Below, piece by piece: positions 11,390-20,467 of a stretch of 64,000 bases of DNA. The position numbers and the translations under genes were made by a program. The stretch's first letter is position 1. Each line of letters starts with the position of its first letter. The notes under the pieces were generated by a model, which saw only the letters and a list, made by a program, of their open reading frames with translations, was not told the DNA's origin and made no database searches. Source of the DNA: Acidimicrobiia bacterium (lineage in GTDB: Bacteria; Actinomycetota; Acidimicrobiia; Spongiisociales; ZC4RG35); contig OZ244163.1 of assembly GCA_965216495.1 (NCBI GenBank), forward strand, positions 96,127 to 160,126, written 5' to 3'.

Positions 11390-11662
11390 ACGGCCTTCCA
11401 TATTTTCCCTGGACAGGGTCTGCTCTGCGCGCGACACTTGAAGCAGTTGAAAACAGGGGGTCTCCGTATGACCAGGGCGGGTTCCCTGACCGCCCCCGCC
11501 CCGTCATCCCGGGACCCAAATAGAAGAGGGCCACGTGGCCGACCATTAGAGACCAGCCCCTACCCTGGTCCACAGACGAAGGTGTCGGCGGCGTGCAGTA
11601 GGTGGACCTGGCAGCCAAGCCCTCCGAAGAAGTGGACCCCGGAATCGGGGACCCCCGCTTTC

Positions 11663-11696
11663 AAAAAAGAAGCCCCCGGTAGTCGGGGGCTTCTTT
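11663..11696 (-). terminator. rho-independent terminator of secE-nusG-rplK-rplA transcript
   Basis: Hairpin AAGAAGCCCCCG-GTAG-TCGGGGGCTTCTT followed on the minus strand by a run of six T. Confidence 0.6.
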
Positions 11697-11717
11697 GATT
11701 CTTGGATTCGGTTTCAG

Positions 11718-12431
11718 CTAGCTGACCTGATCCGTCAAGTCTTCGAGATGGCCGGTATCGACCTTGATCCCTGGACCCATCGTCGAAGAAACAGTCATCG
11801 ACTTGAGATAGCGACCCTTAGCGCCGGCTGGCTTGGCCCGCTCGATCTCCAAAGTAAGTGCGGCGAGATTGCCGACCAACTGATCGAGCTCGAATGAGAC
11901 CTTGCCCACGGGCACGTGGACGTTTCCGTACCGGTCGTTGCGGTACTCGATCTTCCCGGCCTTGAACTCGGTGACGGTCTTGCCGACGTCCTGGGTGACA
12001 GTGCCTGACTTGGGGTTGGGCATGAGGCCGCGGGGTCCGAGCACTCGACCGAGCTTGCCGACTTCCGACATCATGTCAGGAGTGGCGATCGCAACGTCTG
12101 CATCCAGTTCCTGACCGCCTTGCAGCGCTTCAACCAGCTCTTTGCCACCAACGATGTCAGCGCCTGCCTCGGTCGCCTCGGCTTCTTTGTCGGGCGGGCA
12201 GAACACAGCCACCTTGACGTTCTTGCCAGTGCCGTTGGGAAGTGAGACCGTTCCTCGCACCAACTGGTCCGCTTTGCGGGAGTCGATCCCAAGGCTGTAT
12301 ACGACTTCGACGGTCTCGTCGAACTTTGCAGGTGCGAGTGACTTGACCAGCTCGATGGCCTCCTGGGCCTCGTAGCGGTGCTCGCGGTCGTAGCGAGACG
12401 TCGCCTCGCGGTATTTCTTTCCGTGTCCCAT
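11718..12431 (-). CDS. rplA: 50S ribosomal protein L1
   Basis: [10 protein letters not shown]... The start was taken at the internal Met of the 251-aa ORF. Confidence 0.9.
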   Translation of the reverse strand: MGHGKKYREATSRYDREHRYEAQEAIELVKSLAPAKFDETVEVVYSLGIDSRKADQLVRGTVSLPNGTGKNVKVAVFCPPDKEAEATEAGADIVGGKELVEALQGGQELDADVAIATPDMMSEVGKLGRVLGPRGLMPNPKSGTVTQDVGKTVTEFKAGKIEYRNDRYGNVHVPVGKVSFELDQLVGNLAALTLEIERAKPAGAKGRYLKSMTVSSTMGPGIKVDTGHLEDLTDQVS

Positions 12432-12503
12432 GTTTCTCCTTGTGGTCCAGGCGGCCGCTAAACGACCTCCCACCTAGATGTCTCTTTGGTTCTGTGAGGG
12501 TTG

Positions 12504-12932
12504 TTAGCCGTCGACGACGATGCCCATTGAGCGAGCCGTGCCCTCAACGACCTTCATGGCGCCTTCGATGTCGATGGCGTTGAGGTCGGGCATTTTGATC
12601 TCAGCGATCTCTTTGACCTGAGCTTTGGTCACCGAACCAACCTTCTCCTTGTTCGGCTCCCCAGACCCCTTGTCGACTCGTGCGGCCTGACGAAGCAGGG
12701 CGGCTGCCGGAGGCGTCTTGGTGATGAAGGAGAACGACCGATCTTCGAAGATTGAAATCTCGACCGGGATGATCTGGCCGCGCTGGCTACCGGTGGCGTC
12801 GTTGTACGCCTTGACGAAGTCCATCAGGTTCACACCGTGTGGACCCAGCACCGTACCCACCGGCGGTGCCGGTGTCGCCTGTCCAGCCGGAAGCTGGATC
12901 TTGACTGTGGTTACCAGTCTCTTCCTACCCAT
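12504..12932 (-). CDS. rplK: 50S ribosomal protein L11
   Basis: [34 protein letters not shown] signature. Confidence 0.9.
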   Translation of the reverse strand: MGRKRLVTTVKIQLPAGQATPAPPVGTVLGPHGVNLMDFVKAYNDATGSQRGQIIPVEISIFEDRSFSFITKTPPAAALLRQAARVDKGSGEPNKEKVGSVTKAQVKEIAEIKMPDLNAIDIEGAMKVVEGTARSMGIVVDG

Positions 12933-12940
12933 TTTCAGTC

Positions 12941-13585
12941 CTAACTCTTCTGAATATCTTCGAAACCAAGTTCGACCGGGGTATCCCGACCGAAGATGTT
13001 GACGAGCACGACGACCTTCTGCTGGTCGATGTTGAGCTCTTCGATAACACCATTGAAATCGGCGAAGGGGCCGGTGGTGACCCGAACCTGTTCGCCCACG
13101 TCCCAGTCGGGCTTGAAGCGTGGCTTGGTCTGCTCGCCTTCTTCTTCGCCTTGCACACCCAAGAACCGCTCGACTTCTCGACGAGACAGCGGGGTGGGCT
13201 TCTGGGCGTTCCCTGCAACGAATCCTGTGACCCCCGGCGTGTTTCGCACCGCGTACCAGGAGTCGTCGTCGAGAGTCATCCGGACCAGGATGTAGCCGGG
13301 AAAGACCTTCTTGGGAACGGTGACCTTCTTGCCGTTCTTGAACTCGACAACGTCTTCCATAGGTATGTGGATCTCGAAGATCCGATCCTCCATGTGCATC
13401 GATTGGATCCGAGTGGAGAGGTTGGCCTTCACCTTGTTCTCGTAGCCCGAGTAGGAGTGAATGACGTACCAGTCGCCCGGCAGGTCGTACGGGCTGACCG
13501 GCTTCGGAGCTTCGACGACCTCCTCGGTGGCTTCTTCGACAGCCTCCGGCTCGTGGTTCTCGGCGGGTTGGGTGGTCACTGTCAT
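12941..13585 (-). CDS. nusG: transcription termination/antitermination factor NusG
   Basis: NGN domain plus C-terminal KOW ([22 protein letters not shown]). Acidic N-terminal extension typical of actinobacteria. Confidence 0.9.
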   Translation of the reverse strand: MTVTTQPAENHEPEAVEEATEEVVEAPKPVSPYDLPGDWYVIHSYSGYENKVKANLSTRIQSMHMEDRIFEIHIPMEDVVEFKNGKKVTVPKKVFPGYILVRMTLDDDSWYAVRNTPGVTGFVAGNAQKPTPLSRREVERFLGVQGEEEGEQTKPRFKPDWDVGEQVRVTTGPFADFNGVIEELNIDQQKVVVLVNIFGRDTPVELGFEDIQKS

Positions 13586-13917
13586 CAGCCTCTCAATTCA
13601 ACGAGCCACAGGACGAAGCGCTTGGCGGCCACGTCGAATCCGAATACGACACCAGTGAGAACAACCGTGGTGATGAGCGTCACAGTGGTGAAGGCGATCA
13701 TCTGCTCACGAGTGGGCCATGTGACCTTGCGCAGCTCGACGCGAACCTCGTGCAGGTAATCGCGAATGCGAGCGAAGATGGACTTGCGCTCCTTGGGTTC
13801 GCCGCTGCGACTCTGCAAAGCCTGAGCCTTGCGTTGCGCTCTGCTCGAACCTTCTTGTTCCTTCTTGCGACGACGTTCTTCGGCTTCCTGAAGTCGTCGT
13901 ATCTGTCTGTTGCTCAT
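13585..13917 (-). CDS. secE: preprotein translocase subunit SecE
   Basis: Basic N-terminus, single C-terminal TM helix, and position between tRNA-Trp and nusG. Confidence 0.8.
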   Translation of the reverse strand: MSNRQIRRLQEAEERRRKKEQEGSSRAQRKAQALQSRSGEPKERKSIFARIRDYLHEVRVELRKVTWPTREQMIAFTTVTLITTVVLTGVVFGFDVAAKRFVLWLVELRG

Positions 13918-13956
13918 GCCTAACTAACTCTGTTAACCACTATTTCTTTACCAGTG

Positions 13957-14034
13957 TGGCAGGGGTGGAGGGACTCGAACCCCCAACCTCCGGTTTTGGA
14001 GACCGGCGCTCTAGCCAATTAGAGCTACACCCCT
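13957..14034 (-). tRNA. tRNA-Trp (anticodon CCA)
   Basis: Reverse complement folds as a cloverleaf: acceptor AGGGGTG/CACCCCT, anticodon loop CTCCAAA, T-loop GGTTCGAGTCC, 3' CCA encoded. Canonical position upstream of secE. Confidence 0.85.
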
Positions 14035-14097
14035 AGGGGGTTCGCGGGTCGTCAAAGTATAAGACCGGTCGGCTCCCTGTGGAAAGTTGAGCGGGAT

Positions 14098-14200
14098 ATA
14101 GGGGACGCCCGAACGCGGAAGCGTTCGTGCCGTCCCCGGATTGTTGTAGTGGATTAGGGGACGCCCGAACCCGGAACAAGTTCTCGCTGTTCCTTCTAGA
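14098..14200. repeat. two direct copies of TAGGGGACGCCCGAAC(g/c)CGGAA, each forming a GC-rich hairpin
   Basis: Copy 1 is a nested perfect inverted repeat GGGGACG-CC-CGAACGC-GGAA-GCGTTCG-TGC-CGTCCCC. Copy 2 is GGAACA-N9-TGTTCC. Both lie between tRNA-Trp and the upstream minus-strand gene. Confidence 0.5.
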
Positions 14201-14417
14201 TCCTCCCTGTCTGATCGTGATCAGCGTGCAGGTGTCCGAGATCTCGTCACCATTCCATATTTAACTGAACCGTGGTGTTGCGTGAGCTGAGCCCAGTGAC
14301 GAGCAGTTAGCTCGTATCTGAAGGAGGAATTGGTCACCCTCAATCGGACAGTGACGACTGGAGCGAACGAACTCGGTGCGGCTCACCTAGACGGGTGCTG
14401 CAATCTTTGGATGTTCG

Positions 14418-14918
14418 TTATGGAAGGGGTGCTTCGAGTTCAAGATCGAGCATTAGGTCTACCCAGCCCACTAGGCGAGATTTCCACTCTTCGTATTCGA
14501 CAACGGGATTTCCGTCGTACATGAAGTCGCCGACGTCCTCGCGGACCTCATCAGAGAACATCATTGCACCGCGGGTCAAGAAATCGCCAGCGTCGCAATC
14601 TGGCGTCAGGCCGGTCTCTCTCATGTGCAGGTTCGCGAGCTGGCTAACAAGGGTTTCAACATCATATAGGCGGGAGCTCCAGGACTGACCCCGAACTGTC
14701 TCAGGGCTGCCGATGACAGTGAGTACCCTCTCATTCATCTCTGTCCCCCACTCCAAGGCAACTTCCTGACACGTCGTTCCGGTGAATTCAGGCCGGTCGC
14801 TGTCGCAGGCGCCGATCGACCGGGGTAGGCCGTCGCAAGAGTCGGGACGAAGCGCTAACAAGCCAACAACGACGGCACCCACCGCCAAAAAGCTGGCAAC
14901 GATCAGAATCCGTTTCAA
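14418..14918 (-). CDS. secreted/membrane-anchored hypothetical protein
   Basis: N-terminal signal/TM (MKRILIVASFLAVGAVVVGLLAL) and several Cys. No family recognised. Confidence 0.5.
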   Translation of the reverse strand: MKRILIVASFLAVGAVVVGLLALRPDSCDGLPRSIGACDSDRPEFTGTTCQEVALEWGTEMNERVLTVIGSPETVRGQSWSSRLYDVETLVSQLANLHMRETGLTPDCDAGDFLTRGAMMFSDEVREDVGDFMYDGNPVVEYEEWKSRLVGWVDLMLDLELEAPLP

Positions 14919-14990
14919 GCCTTCAACCTTTCGAACAATCCAACCGCCTTGGGTCGGAGGAGCTGCCTCCGACCCAGGACGAACGTAGTC

Positions 14991-15600
14991 TCAACAGTCG
15001 GTTGAGATATAGGTAGCTCCACTAGTCGCGATCGTATAGGGCGCGCTGTAGTCCGACGTAGCCGTATTGGTCTCAATCTTGACTGTGGCCTTGTATCCGG
15101 CGTTGTTCGTGACGTTGAATACGGCCGAGGGGATTAATCGGCTGACCAGAACACTGGCTCCAACGTCGTATCGAGACTCGTATTTGCCCCACGTCTCAAC
15201 GGTTTTGGTTGACGGCGCATTCCATCGAAGTCGGACCTGCATCTCGAATTGGAAGTTCCCATCCGCTTTGCAGTGAGTCCTCGAAGTCGTGCCAGCTGGC
15301 AGAACTATCCAGCCCGTATCATCGCTCCACCAGCAGAGAACGCAGTCTTTCTTGCTGCGCCATTTGTATTCCAGGACACACGATGACAATCCGACCGGAC
15401 AGTCGTTCAAGATCGAGCCCGAGTCGAAGGTGACGCGTGCTGTGGATCCGTTATCTGTCACATGACCAGCCATGTTGTTGTCTCCTCCCACGACCTGCCC
15501 ATCGGCGGCCTGCGCAGGTAGCGTGTTAGCGATGAATAGCGCAGCCAGCGCTATTCCAACGACCAGCATTCTGCGTCCATTCACAAGTGCAAGGCTCATC
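14991..15600 (-). CDS. secreted Cys/Trp-rich hypothetical protein
   Basis: Start taken at MSLALVNGRRMLVVGIALAALFIANTLPAQA (signal peptide); the mature part is Cys/Trp-rich. The ORF-track N-extension was judged unlikely. Confidence 0.5.
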
Positions 15601-15795
15601 TTGTCTTCTCCTTTAGATCGTGCCTTGATGCGTTGGTGAGCTTGCGGGAGGGCTACGCAGGCGTCTATCCCCAGTTGCGGGTAAATCTGTAGCCAGATTG
15701 AGTGATTTGCGTACCCAAAACCGGGCAAGTGTCTTCTTCCAACGCTGCTGATGGTATGGCTAGGGTGGTGTCGACTGAATTCTTAGGGGGTCGAC

Positions 15796-16251
15796 GTGGT
15801 GGACATCGTGGACATCGTGCGCGTCAGTCTGGTCGTAGCAAACACGAGCCTGTTCGGGTACCTGATACTCACTGGACTCAGAGAGCGGTCGGCTAACCGA
15901 GGTCCCGGAGTTCGGTTGATGCGCAGAGCGGCGTTGGCAGCCTACGGTGCCGTCTTTGTCGGGGGACTGCAGCGCATAATCCTCCAAGGTGTCCCATTGG
16001 GACTTGTAAACGACGACGCTCTAGACCCAATACTCGAGACCTATGCTTACGTTCAGGCGGCGGTGGTGCTGAGCCTGGGGGTCGTCTGCTGGCGCTCGTT
16101 AACAATGGCTACGCACCGATTGAGGGCTTCAGACGACCTGCTTGCAGCTTTTGGGGGTGCGCTTCCGGATGTCGACTGGTCCGGAGTGCATTTGACGCCA
16201 CGAGAGCGAGAGGTCGCGGACGTTTGGGAAACGACAGCGCTACCTGAATGA
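15796..16251 (+). CDS. hypothetical protein (possibly the frameshifted 5' part of a longer gene)
   Basis: 151-aa Val-rich ORF with an internal tandem 9-mer (gtggacatc x2). It ends 1 nt out of frame with a downstream HTH-coding frame. Confidence 0.3.
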   Translation: MVDIVDIVRVSLVVANTSLFGYLILTGLRERSANRGPGVRLMRRAALAAYGAVFVGGLQRIILQGVPLGLVNDDALDPILETYAYVQAAVVLSLGVVCWRSLTMATHRLRASDDLLAAFGGALPDVDWSGVHLTPREREVADVWETTALPE

Positions 16252-16405
16252 AATTCTCCCAATTCTCACGGATATCAAACTCGAAGCTATCGCCCAAGCA
16301 ACCGGCCTCTCCCTCGGCTACTGCTCATTCATCCGGCGTGGCATCAAGACACCACATCCGAGACACTGGCAAGCTCTAGCAGCACTCGTCCAACGAGTCG
16401 GCTAG
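16196..16405 (+). other. startless XRE-family helix-turn-helix coding frame (cryptic small regulator or frameshifted C-terminus of the upstream ORF)
   Basis: Frame +1 relative to 15796..16251 translates to ...KLEAIAQATGLSLGYCSFIRRGIKTPHPRHWQALAALVQRVG*. This matches the XRE pattern L-x3-A-x3-G-x-S-x4-S-x-I-(E/R)-R-G-x3-P-x7-LA. No in-frame ATG/GTG/TTG lies between the upstream stop (16193) and the TAG at 16403. Confidence 0.4.
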
Positions 16406-16407
16406 CG

Positions 16408-16423
16408 CATATTGCCGGTTATG
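16408..16423. repeat. palindromic motif copy G (CATATTGCCGGTTATG)
   Basis: Inverted-repeat motif CATA(A/T)-N6-TTATG, 3 bp after the XRE-frame stop. Confidence 0.5.
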
Positions 16424-16498
16424 GGTTGGTGGGGGTGGATGGACAGGCCCTCTCAAAGCTGTTTCGTGACTTGAGTTCAGGGTTGATCACCCATGCGG

Positions 16499-16945
16499 TT
16501 ACGGGTTGCGAGCCCATGGCCGTTCTTCCACGACGAACCAGAGGCCTGCTACGGAAAAACCCAGGGGAAAGAGGAGTAGGAGTGATCCAAGAATGATTGA
16601 CCCGATGCCTGCGGTAGTGACGTTGGTGGGGTCAGCCGGGTCGTAGCGGACGTCTAGTACATCACCTTCGGCATCGAACGCCGACGTGGCAATCCAGGTC
16701 TCCACTTGTTGTCCGTCTGAAGTCGTGAAGGCCACGGTTGCCTCGAAGCCGGTCTGGGAACTCCCGGAAGCATCCGAGAGGAGAGTGCCTGAAGTTGTCT
16801 CCCCGCTTGTAAGCAGGCGGATGTCGGTCCACGTTTCTGCGACGTTGTAGCCGAACCATGCGAGGACGAGGATCGTTAACGCGACTGCGCCGATCCAAGT
16901 CCACCATCTCTTTAGATCTAGTTTCCGTCCCAAGCCAGGCTGCAT
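16499..16945 (-). CDS. DUF3592-like membrane protein
   Basis: N-terminal TM, beta-rich middle (GTLLSD...VRYDPADP) and C-terminal TM. The start was taken at the internal MQPGLGRK. Confidence 0.55.
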   Translation of the reverse strand: MQPGLGRKLDLKRWWTWIGAVALTILVLAWFGYNVAETWTDIRLLTSGETTSGTLLSDASGSSQTGFEATVAFTTSDGQQVETWIATSAFDAEGDVLDVRYDPADPTNVTTAGIGSIILGSLLLLFPLGFSVAGLWFVVEERPWARNP

Positions 16946-17052
16946 TCTCGCATTACGGACCCAACCAACGCGGGGCTGCTGCTCAAACACAAGGAGCAAA
17001 TAGCGGCAGATATGAGCGGCTTTGCGCACGGATCAGGCTGGTTGGTGGCTGT

Positions 17053-17448
17053 TCACGCCAGACCTGCGAGACCCCAAATCAAGAGACCAAGCCCTAGTGC
17101 CACAAGCAAAGGAACGACTAGCAGCAACGGTGAGCTCATGAGTCCACGCCCGTAGTCGACGGATGTTCCCCACCACGCTGGGCCTTGGAAGTACGAGATA
17201 TCAATCGAGTCCCCAGCTTCATGGCTGCTGTAAAGGTGCTGCCAGACTTCTACCACATGCTCGGATCCATCAGGTAGTTCAACAGTCAACAAGAAGGACT
17301 CCCCTCCTTCTCTTCCACCTAGGTCATGACGCTTTGCTTTGACCTCAGCAGCCGCTCGGCGAAACAGAGCCAGCCGGTAAACCAAAGCAAGCACAGACGG
17401 AACCAAAACAATGATCCCTAACACAACGGCGGTTGTGGGCTGCACCAC
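17053..17448 (-). CDS. DUF3592-like membrane protein (tandem paralog)
   Basis: Same TM-beta-TM architecture (ESFLLTVELPDGSEHVVEV...), 131 aa. Confidence 0.55.
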   Translation of the reverse strand: MVQPTTAVVLGIIVLVPSVLALVYRLALFRRAAAEVKAKRHDLGGREGGESFLLTVELPDGSEHVVEVWQHLYSSHEAGDSIDISYFQGPAWWGTSVDYGRGLMSSPLLLVVPLLVALGLGLLIWGLAGLA

Positions 17449-17492
17449 AGCTCAACCTATCGTCCGATCACACTTGGAGTCGGATTGGCCTA

Positions 17493-17508
17493 CATAACGG
17501 CACATGTG
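17493..17508. repeat. palindromic motif copy A (CATAACGGCACATGTG)
   Basis: 45 bp upstream of the minus-strand DUF3592 gene start (17448). Confidence 0.5.
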
Positions 17509-17622
17509 CGCCTTCAGGCACAACGCCGAGTTCCATCAGCGGACGTTGTTCCTTCGGATCGGGGCATCGGAACCTAGCGCGCAGACGCAGCCGAGGTACT
17601 GGTGTCCATGCACCTAGCTGCA

Positions 17623-17638
17623 CATAACGGCACATATG
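17623..17638. repeat. palindromic motif copy B (CATAACGGCACATATG)
   Basis: 27 bp upstream of the ATG at 17666. Confidence 0.55.
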
Positions 17639-17665
17639 TCGTGGTTGGCTGGGTAGCTTCGACGC

Positions 17666-18148
17666 ATGCCAGACGAATTCTTCTTCCTTACATTTGGTGG
17701 TCTTGGTGTTTCCCTGGCTGGGTTCGCTGGACTGATTCATGCCCTGGACCGCAGCGATAGCGCAGACAACCCTGAGACCAAGTGGCGTATCCGCAACATT
17801 GTCATGGGTGGGTTCACCGTGGCTCTGGCCGGGCTGCTCACGTGGCCGGTGTACGGGTTCACTCAGGATGTGGATACGACTGTGCGGATCGTCTCGGCCT
17901 ACTTCGTCTTAGGACTAATCCGTCAGTTCGCTGTGGATGCGAGGCCGGGACCGGCCTGGCCCAACGACACCCGCCGCAAGGTCTTCCTAGGCATCGGAGT
18001 TGCGCTTGGGGTCGTGGCCGTAATCAACGTATTTGCTGCATCAGTAGCCTTACTGGAACTGCTGTTCTTCTTGGCAATCGGGGGCCCGATCGGCACCTTC
18101 ATCAGAGCGATCGGCGATCTCCACGACCCGGCGGAGGCGAGCGCATAA
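17666..18148 (+). CDS. small polytopic membrane protein (hypothetical)
   Basis: 160 aa with 4-5 predicted TM helices. The stop TAA is embedded in motif copy C. Confidence 0.55.
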   Translation: MPDEFFFLTFGGLGVSLAGFAGLIHALDRSDSADNPETKWRIRNIVMGGFTVALAGLLTWPVYGFTQDVDTTVRIVSAYFVLGLIRQFAVDARPGPAWPNDTRRKVFLGIGVALGVVAVINVFAASVALLELLFFLAIGGPIGTFIRAIGDLHDPAEASA

Positions 18149-18159
18149 CGGCACATATG
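18144..18159. repeat. palindromic motif copy C (CATAACGGCACATATG)
   Basis: Contains the stop codon of the 17666..18148 ORF; 22 bp upstream of the EamA gene. Confidence 0.55.
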
Positions 18160-18181
18160 AGCGTGGCGTAGGGTCCTTGCG

Positions 18182-19066
18182 ATGGATGGGAGGCTGGACC
18201 GCGCCGGTCTGAGGTTGTTTCTTGCCTATTCGGTGCTGGCTGGTGGGAACGCAGTGGGGGTCCGGTTTTCTAATCGCGAGTTGGACCCTTTTTGGGGTGC
18301 GACTTTCCGGTTCGGGACTGCTGCGGTCTTGATGCTTGTTTTGATGGCAGTGCTGGGTCATCGGATTCCGCGAGGTCGAGCTCTGGCCGGTGCAGCGTTG
18401 TATGGCCTGTTGGCTTTTGGGGGTGCGTTCGCTTTCGCGTTCTACGCCTTGGTCGAACTCGAAGCTGGTTTCGGCCAGATCCTGCTCTCGGTCGTGCCGC
18501 TGGTCACCCTTCTGCTTGCATCAGCTCAGAAACTCGAACGGCTGAAAGGGTCTGCTGTTGCGGGCGCACTCATCTCGCTTGCAGGAGTCGTCGTGATGTC
18601 AGGCCTGGGCTTTCAAGGTTCGCTTCCGCTCCCGTCGATCCTTGCCGGAATCGGTTCAGCCGTTTGCTTTGCTCAAGCGTCTCTTACGATCAAACGTTTC
18701 CCCGAATCTCATCCCATCGTCGTCAACGCAGTCGGCATGGCCGCCGGTGCCGTGTTCCTCGGCCTTGTGACCTTGGTTGCCGGCGATGACATCGCCCTGC
18801 CACAACAATCCGACACTTGGTGGGCGATCGTATACATGGTGCTAATCGGCTCGATCGCGGTCTTCAGTATTTACGTGGCACTCCTTGAACGCTGGGAAGC
18901 CTCAAGAGCCAACTACGGGTTCGTGATCATCCCCATCGTCACCGTCTTGGTGTCGGCCTGGCTACTCGACGAGCCGATCAGCATTGGACTGGCCTTTGGA
19001 GGAGCATTAGTACTAGCGGGCGTGTACCTCGGAGCGCTTCGACGACCAGCCACAACCCGCCCATAA
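18182..19066 (+). CDS. EamA/DMT-superfamily transporter
   Basis: Ten-TM architecture with two EamA-like repeats; 294 aa. Confidence 0.75.
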   Translation: MDGRLDRAGLRLFLAYSVLAGGNAVGVRFSNRELDPFWGATFRFGTAAVLMLVLMAVLGHRIPRGRALAGAALYGLLAFGGAFAFAFYALVELEAGFGQILLSVVPLVTLLLASAQKLERLKGSAVAGALISLAGVVVMSGLGFQGSLPLPSILAGIGSAVCFAQASLTIKRFPESHPIVVNAVGMAAGAVFLGLVTLVAGDDIALPQQSDTWWAIVYMVLIGSIAVFSIYVALLERWEASRANYGFVIIPIVTVLVSAWLLDEPISIGLAFGGALVLAGVYLGALRRPATTRP

Positions 19067-19077
19067 CGGCACTTATG
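19062..19077. repeat. palindromic motif copy D (CATAACGGCACTTATG; perfect CATAA/TTATG arms)
   Basis: Contains the EamA stop codon; upstream of the MFS gene. Confidence 0.55.
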
Positions 19078-19147
19078 CCGCCTGGCGGATGCGTGCATAC
19101 TGCCGGTTCTCGGGCGGCGTGCCGCATTCGCTCCAGGCTGCGGGACC

Positions 19148-20413
19148 GTGGTCCGATATGGTCGTGAGATGTCGCAGTCGGATGTTCCACGTCGGGCCGG
19201 CGCAGTCATCTCTGATCCCGATGGCCGTTTGCTTCCGCTCCTCCTTCTGACGACTGCCCTTGTCTTGGGCATGTCGACCTGGTTCTCAGCCACGGCAGTG
19301 GTGCCCCAACTCACGGATGCCTGGTCCCTGTCCAATACAGGTAGGGCTTGGCTCACAATTGCGGTGATTCTCGGCTTTGTTGTTGGGGCTGTCTTTTCGG
19401 CTGCCTTGAATATCGCTGATCGAGTGCGCCCTCAGTTGGTGATGCTGGTGGGTGGGGTAGGTGCCGGGATCGCGAATCTAGGGTTGATCTGGGCTGGAGG
19501 GGCAGAGATCGGCGTGGTGCTCCGCTTCGTAACCGGCTTCTTCATTGCCGGCATCTACCCGCCTTCGTTCAAGCTGATCTCGACGTGGTATCGGAAGGGC
19601 CGGGGTATGGCCTTGGGTGTCCTGGCTGCGGGGATCGTCTTCGGTAACTCGACTCCTCACTTGGCTAACGGTCTAGGTGGCATCGACTGGCAGAGCGTCA
19701 TCTACGCCACGACGGTCATGTCCATAGGTGGGGGTGTGGTGGCGTTCGTGGTTAGGGATGGGCCTTTCGAGTTCCCACGATCGGTATTCGATCCCCGCCA
19801 GGTCGGTCTGGTATTCGCCAACCGGGGTGTGAGGCTGGCTTCGATCGGCTACTTCGGTCATATGTGGGAGTTGTTCGCCATGGCAGCCTGGTTCTTGATC
19901 TTCTTCGGCGACCACCTCGTTGCCTTGGGTCAGCCGGCACTGCCGCACGCAGCATTCGTGACTTTCGTCGTCATCGCTATGGGAGCCGCAGGCTCGTGGG
20001 CTGGTGGGTTCATCGCCGACCGATGGGGACGGACCAACTTCACCGCGCTCATGCTCACGATCTCAGGACTGTGCTCACTCGGCATTGGCCTTCTGTTCGA
20101 TGGACCAACGTGGCCAATCGTAGTTGTCGGTCTCGTATGGGGGTTCACGGTCGTGGCCGACTCAGCACAGTTCTCCGCCATGGTCACCGAGGTGGGTGAC
20201 CAGTCCTATGTGGGGACGGCCCTGACCATGCAGATCGCCATAGGGTTCACCATCTCCGCAGCAACTATCTGGATCATCCCCCTCGTGGAAGAACTCACAA
20301 CATGGAGATGGGCATTCGCGGTCCTCGCCCTAGGGCCCCTTCTAGGCATATGGGCAATGCTTCGCCTAAAACGTCTTCCGGAGGCAGCCAAGATCGCTGG
20401 CGGGCTGGGATAA
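19148..20413 (+). CDS. MFS transporter
   Basis: 12-TM major-facilitator-like sequence, 421 aa. Confidence 0.75.
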   Translation: MVRYGREMSQSDVPRRAGAVISDPDGRLLPLLLLTTALVLGMSTWFSATAVVPQLTDAWSLSNTGRAWLTIAVILGFVVGAVFSAALNIADRVRPQLVMLVGGVGAGIANLGLIWAGGAEIGVVLRFVTGFFIAGIYPPSFKLISTWYRKGRGMALGVLAAGIVFGNSTPHLANGLGGIDWQSVIYATTVMSIGGGVVAFVVRDGPFEFPRSVFDPRQVGLVFANRGVRLASIGYFGHMWELFAMAAWFLIFFGDHLVALGQPALPHAAFVTFVVIAMGAAGSWAGGFIADRWGRTNFTALMLTISGLCSLGIGLLFDGPTWPIVVVGLVWGFTVVADSAQFSAMVTEVGDQSYVGTALTMQIAIGFTISAATIWIIPLVEELTTWRWAFAVLALGPLLGIWAMLRLKRLPEAAKIAGGLG

Positions 20414-20446
20414 GTCGCACCGCCTCCTTTCCAGGAAGAACCAACG

Positions 20447-20462
20447 CATATCGGCACTTATG
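20447..20462. repeat. palindromic motif copy E (CATATCGGCACTTATG)
   Basis: Lies in the 54-bp gap between the convergent MFS and membrane-domain ORFs. Confidence 0.5.
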
Positions 20463-20467
20463 TGAGG

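Noticed and set aside
15796-16251. LuxR-type HTH suggested by the LTPREREV string at the C-terminus of ORF 15796..16251
   Set aside because: The residues following LTPREREV (ADVWETTALPE*) do not continue a LuxR/sigma region-4 helix. The convincing HTH is the XRE-type one in the +1 frame, reported separately.
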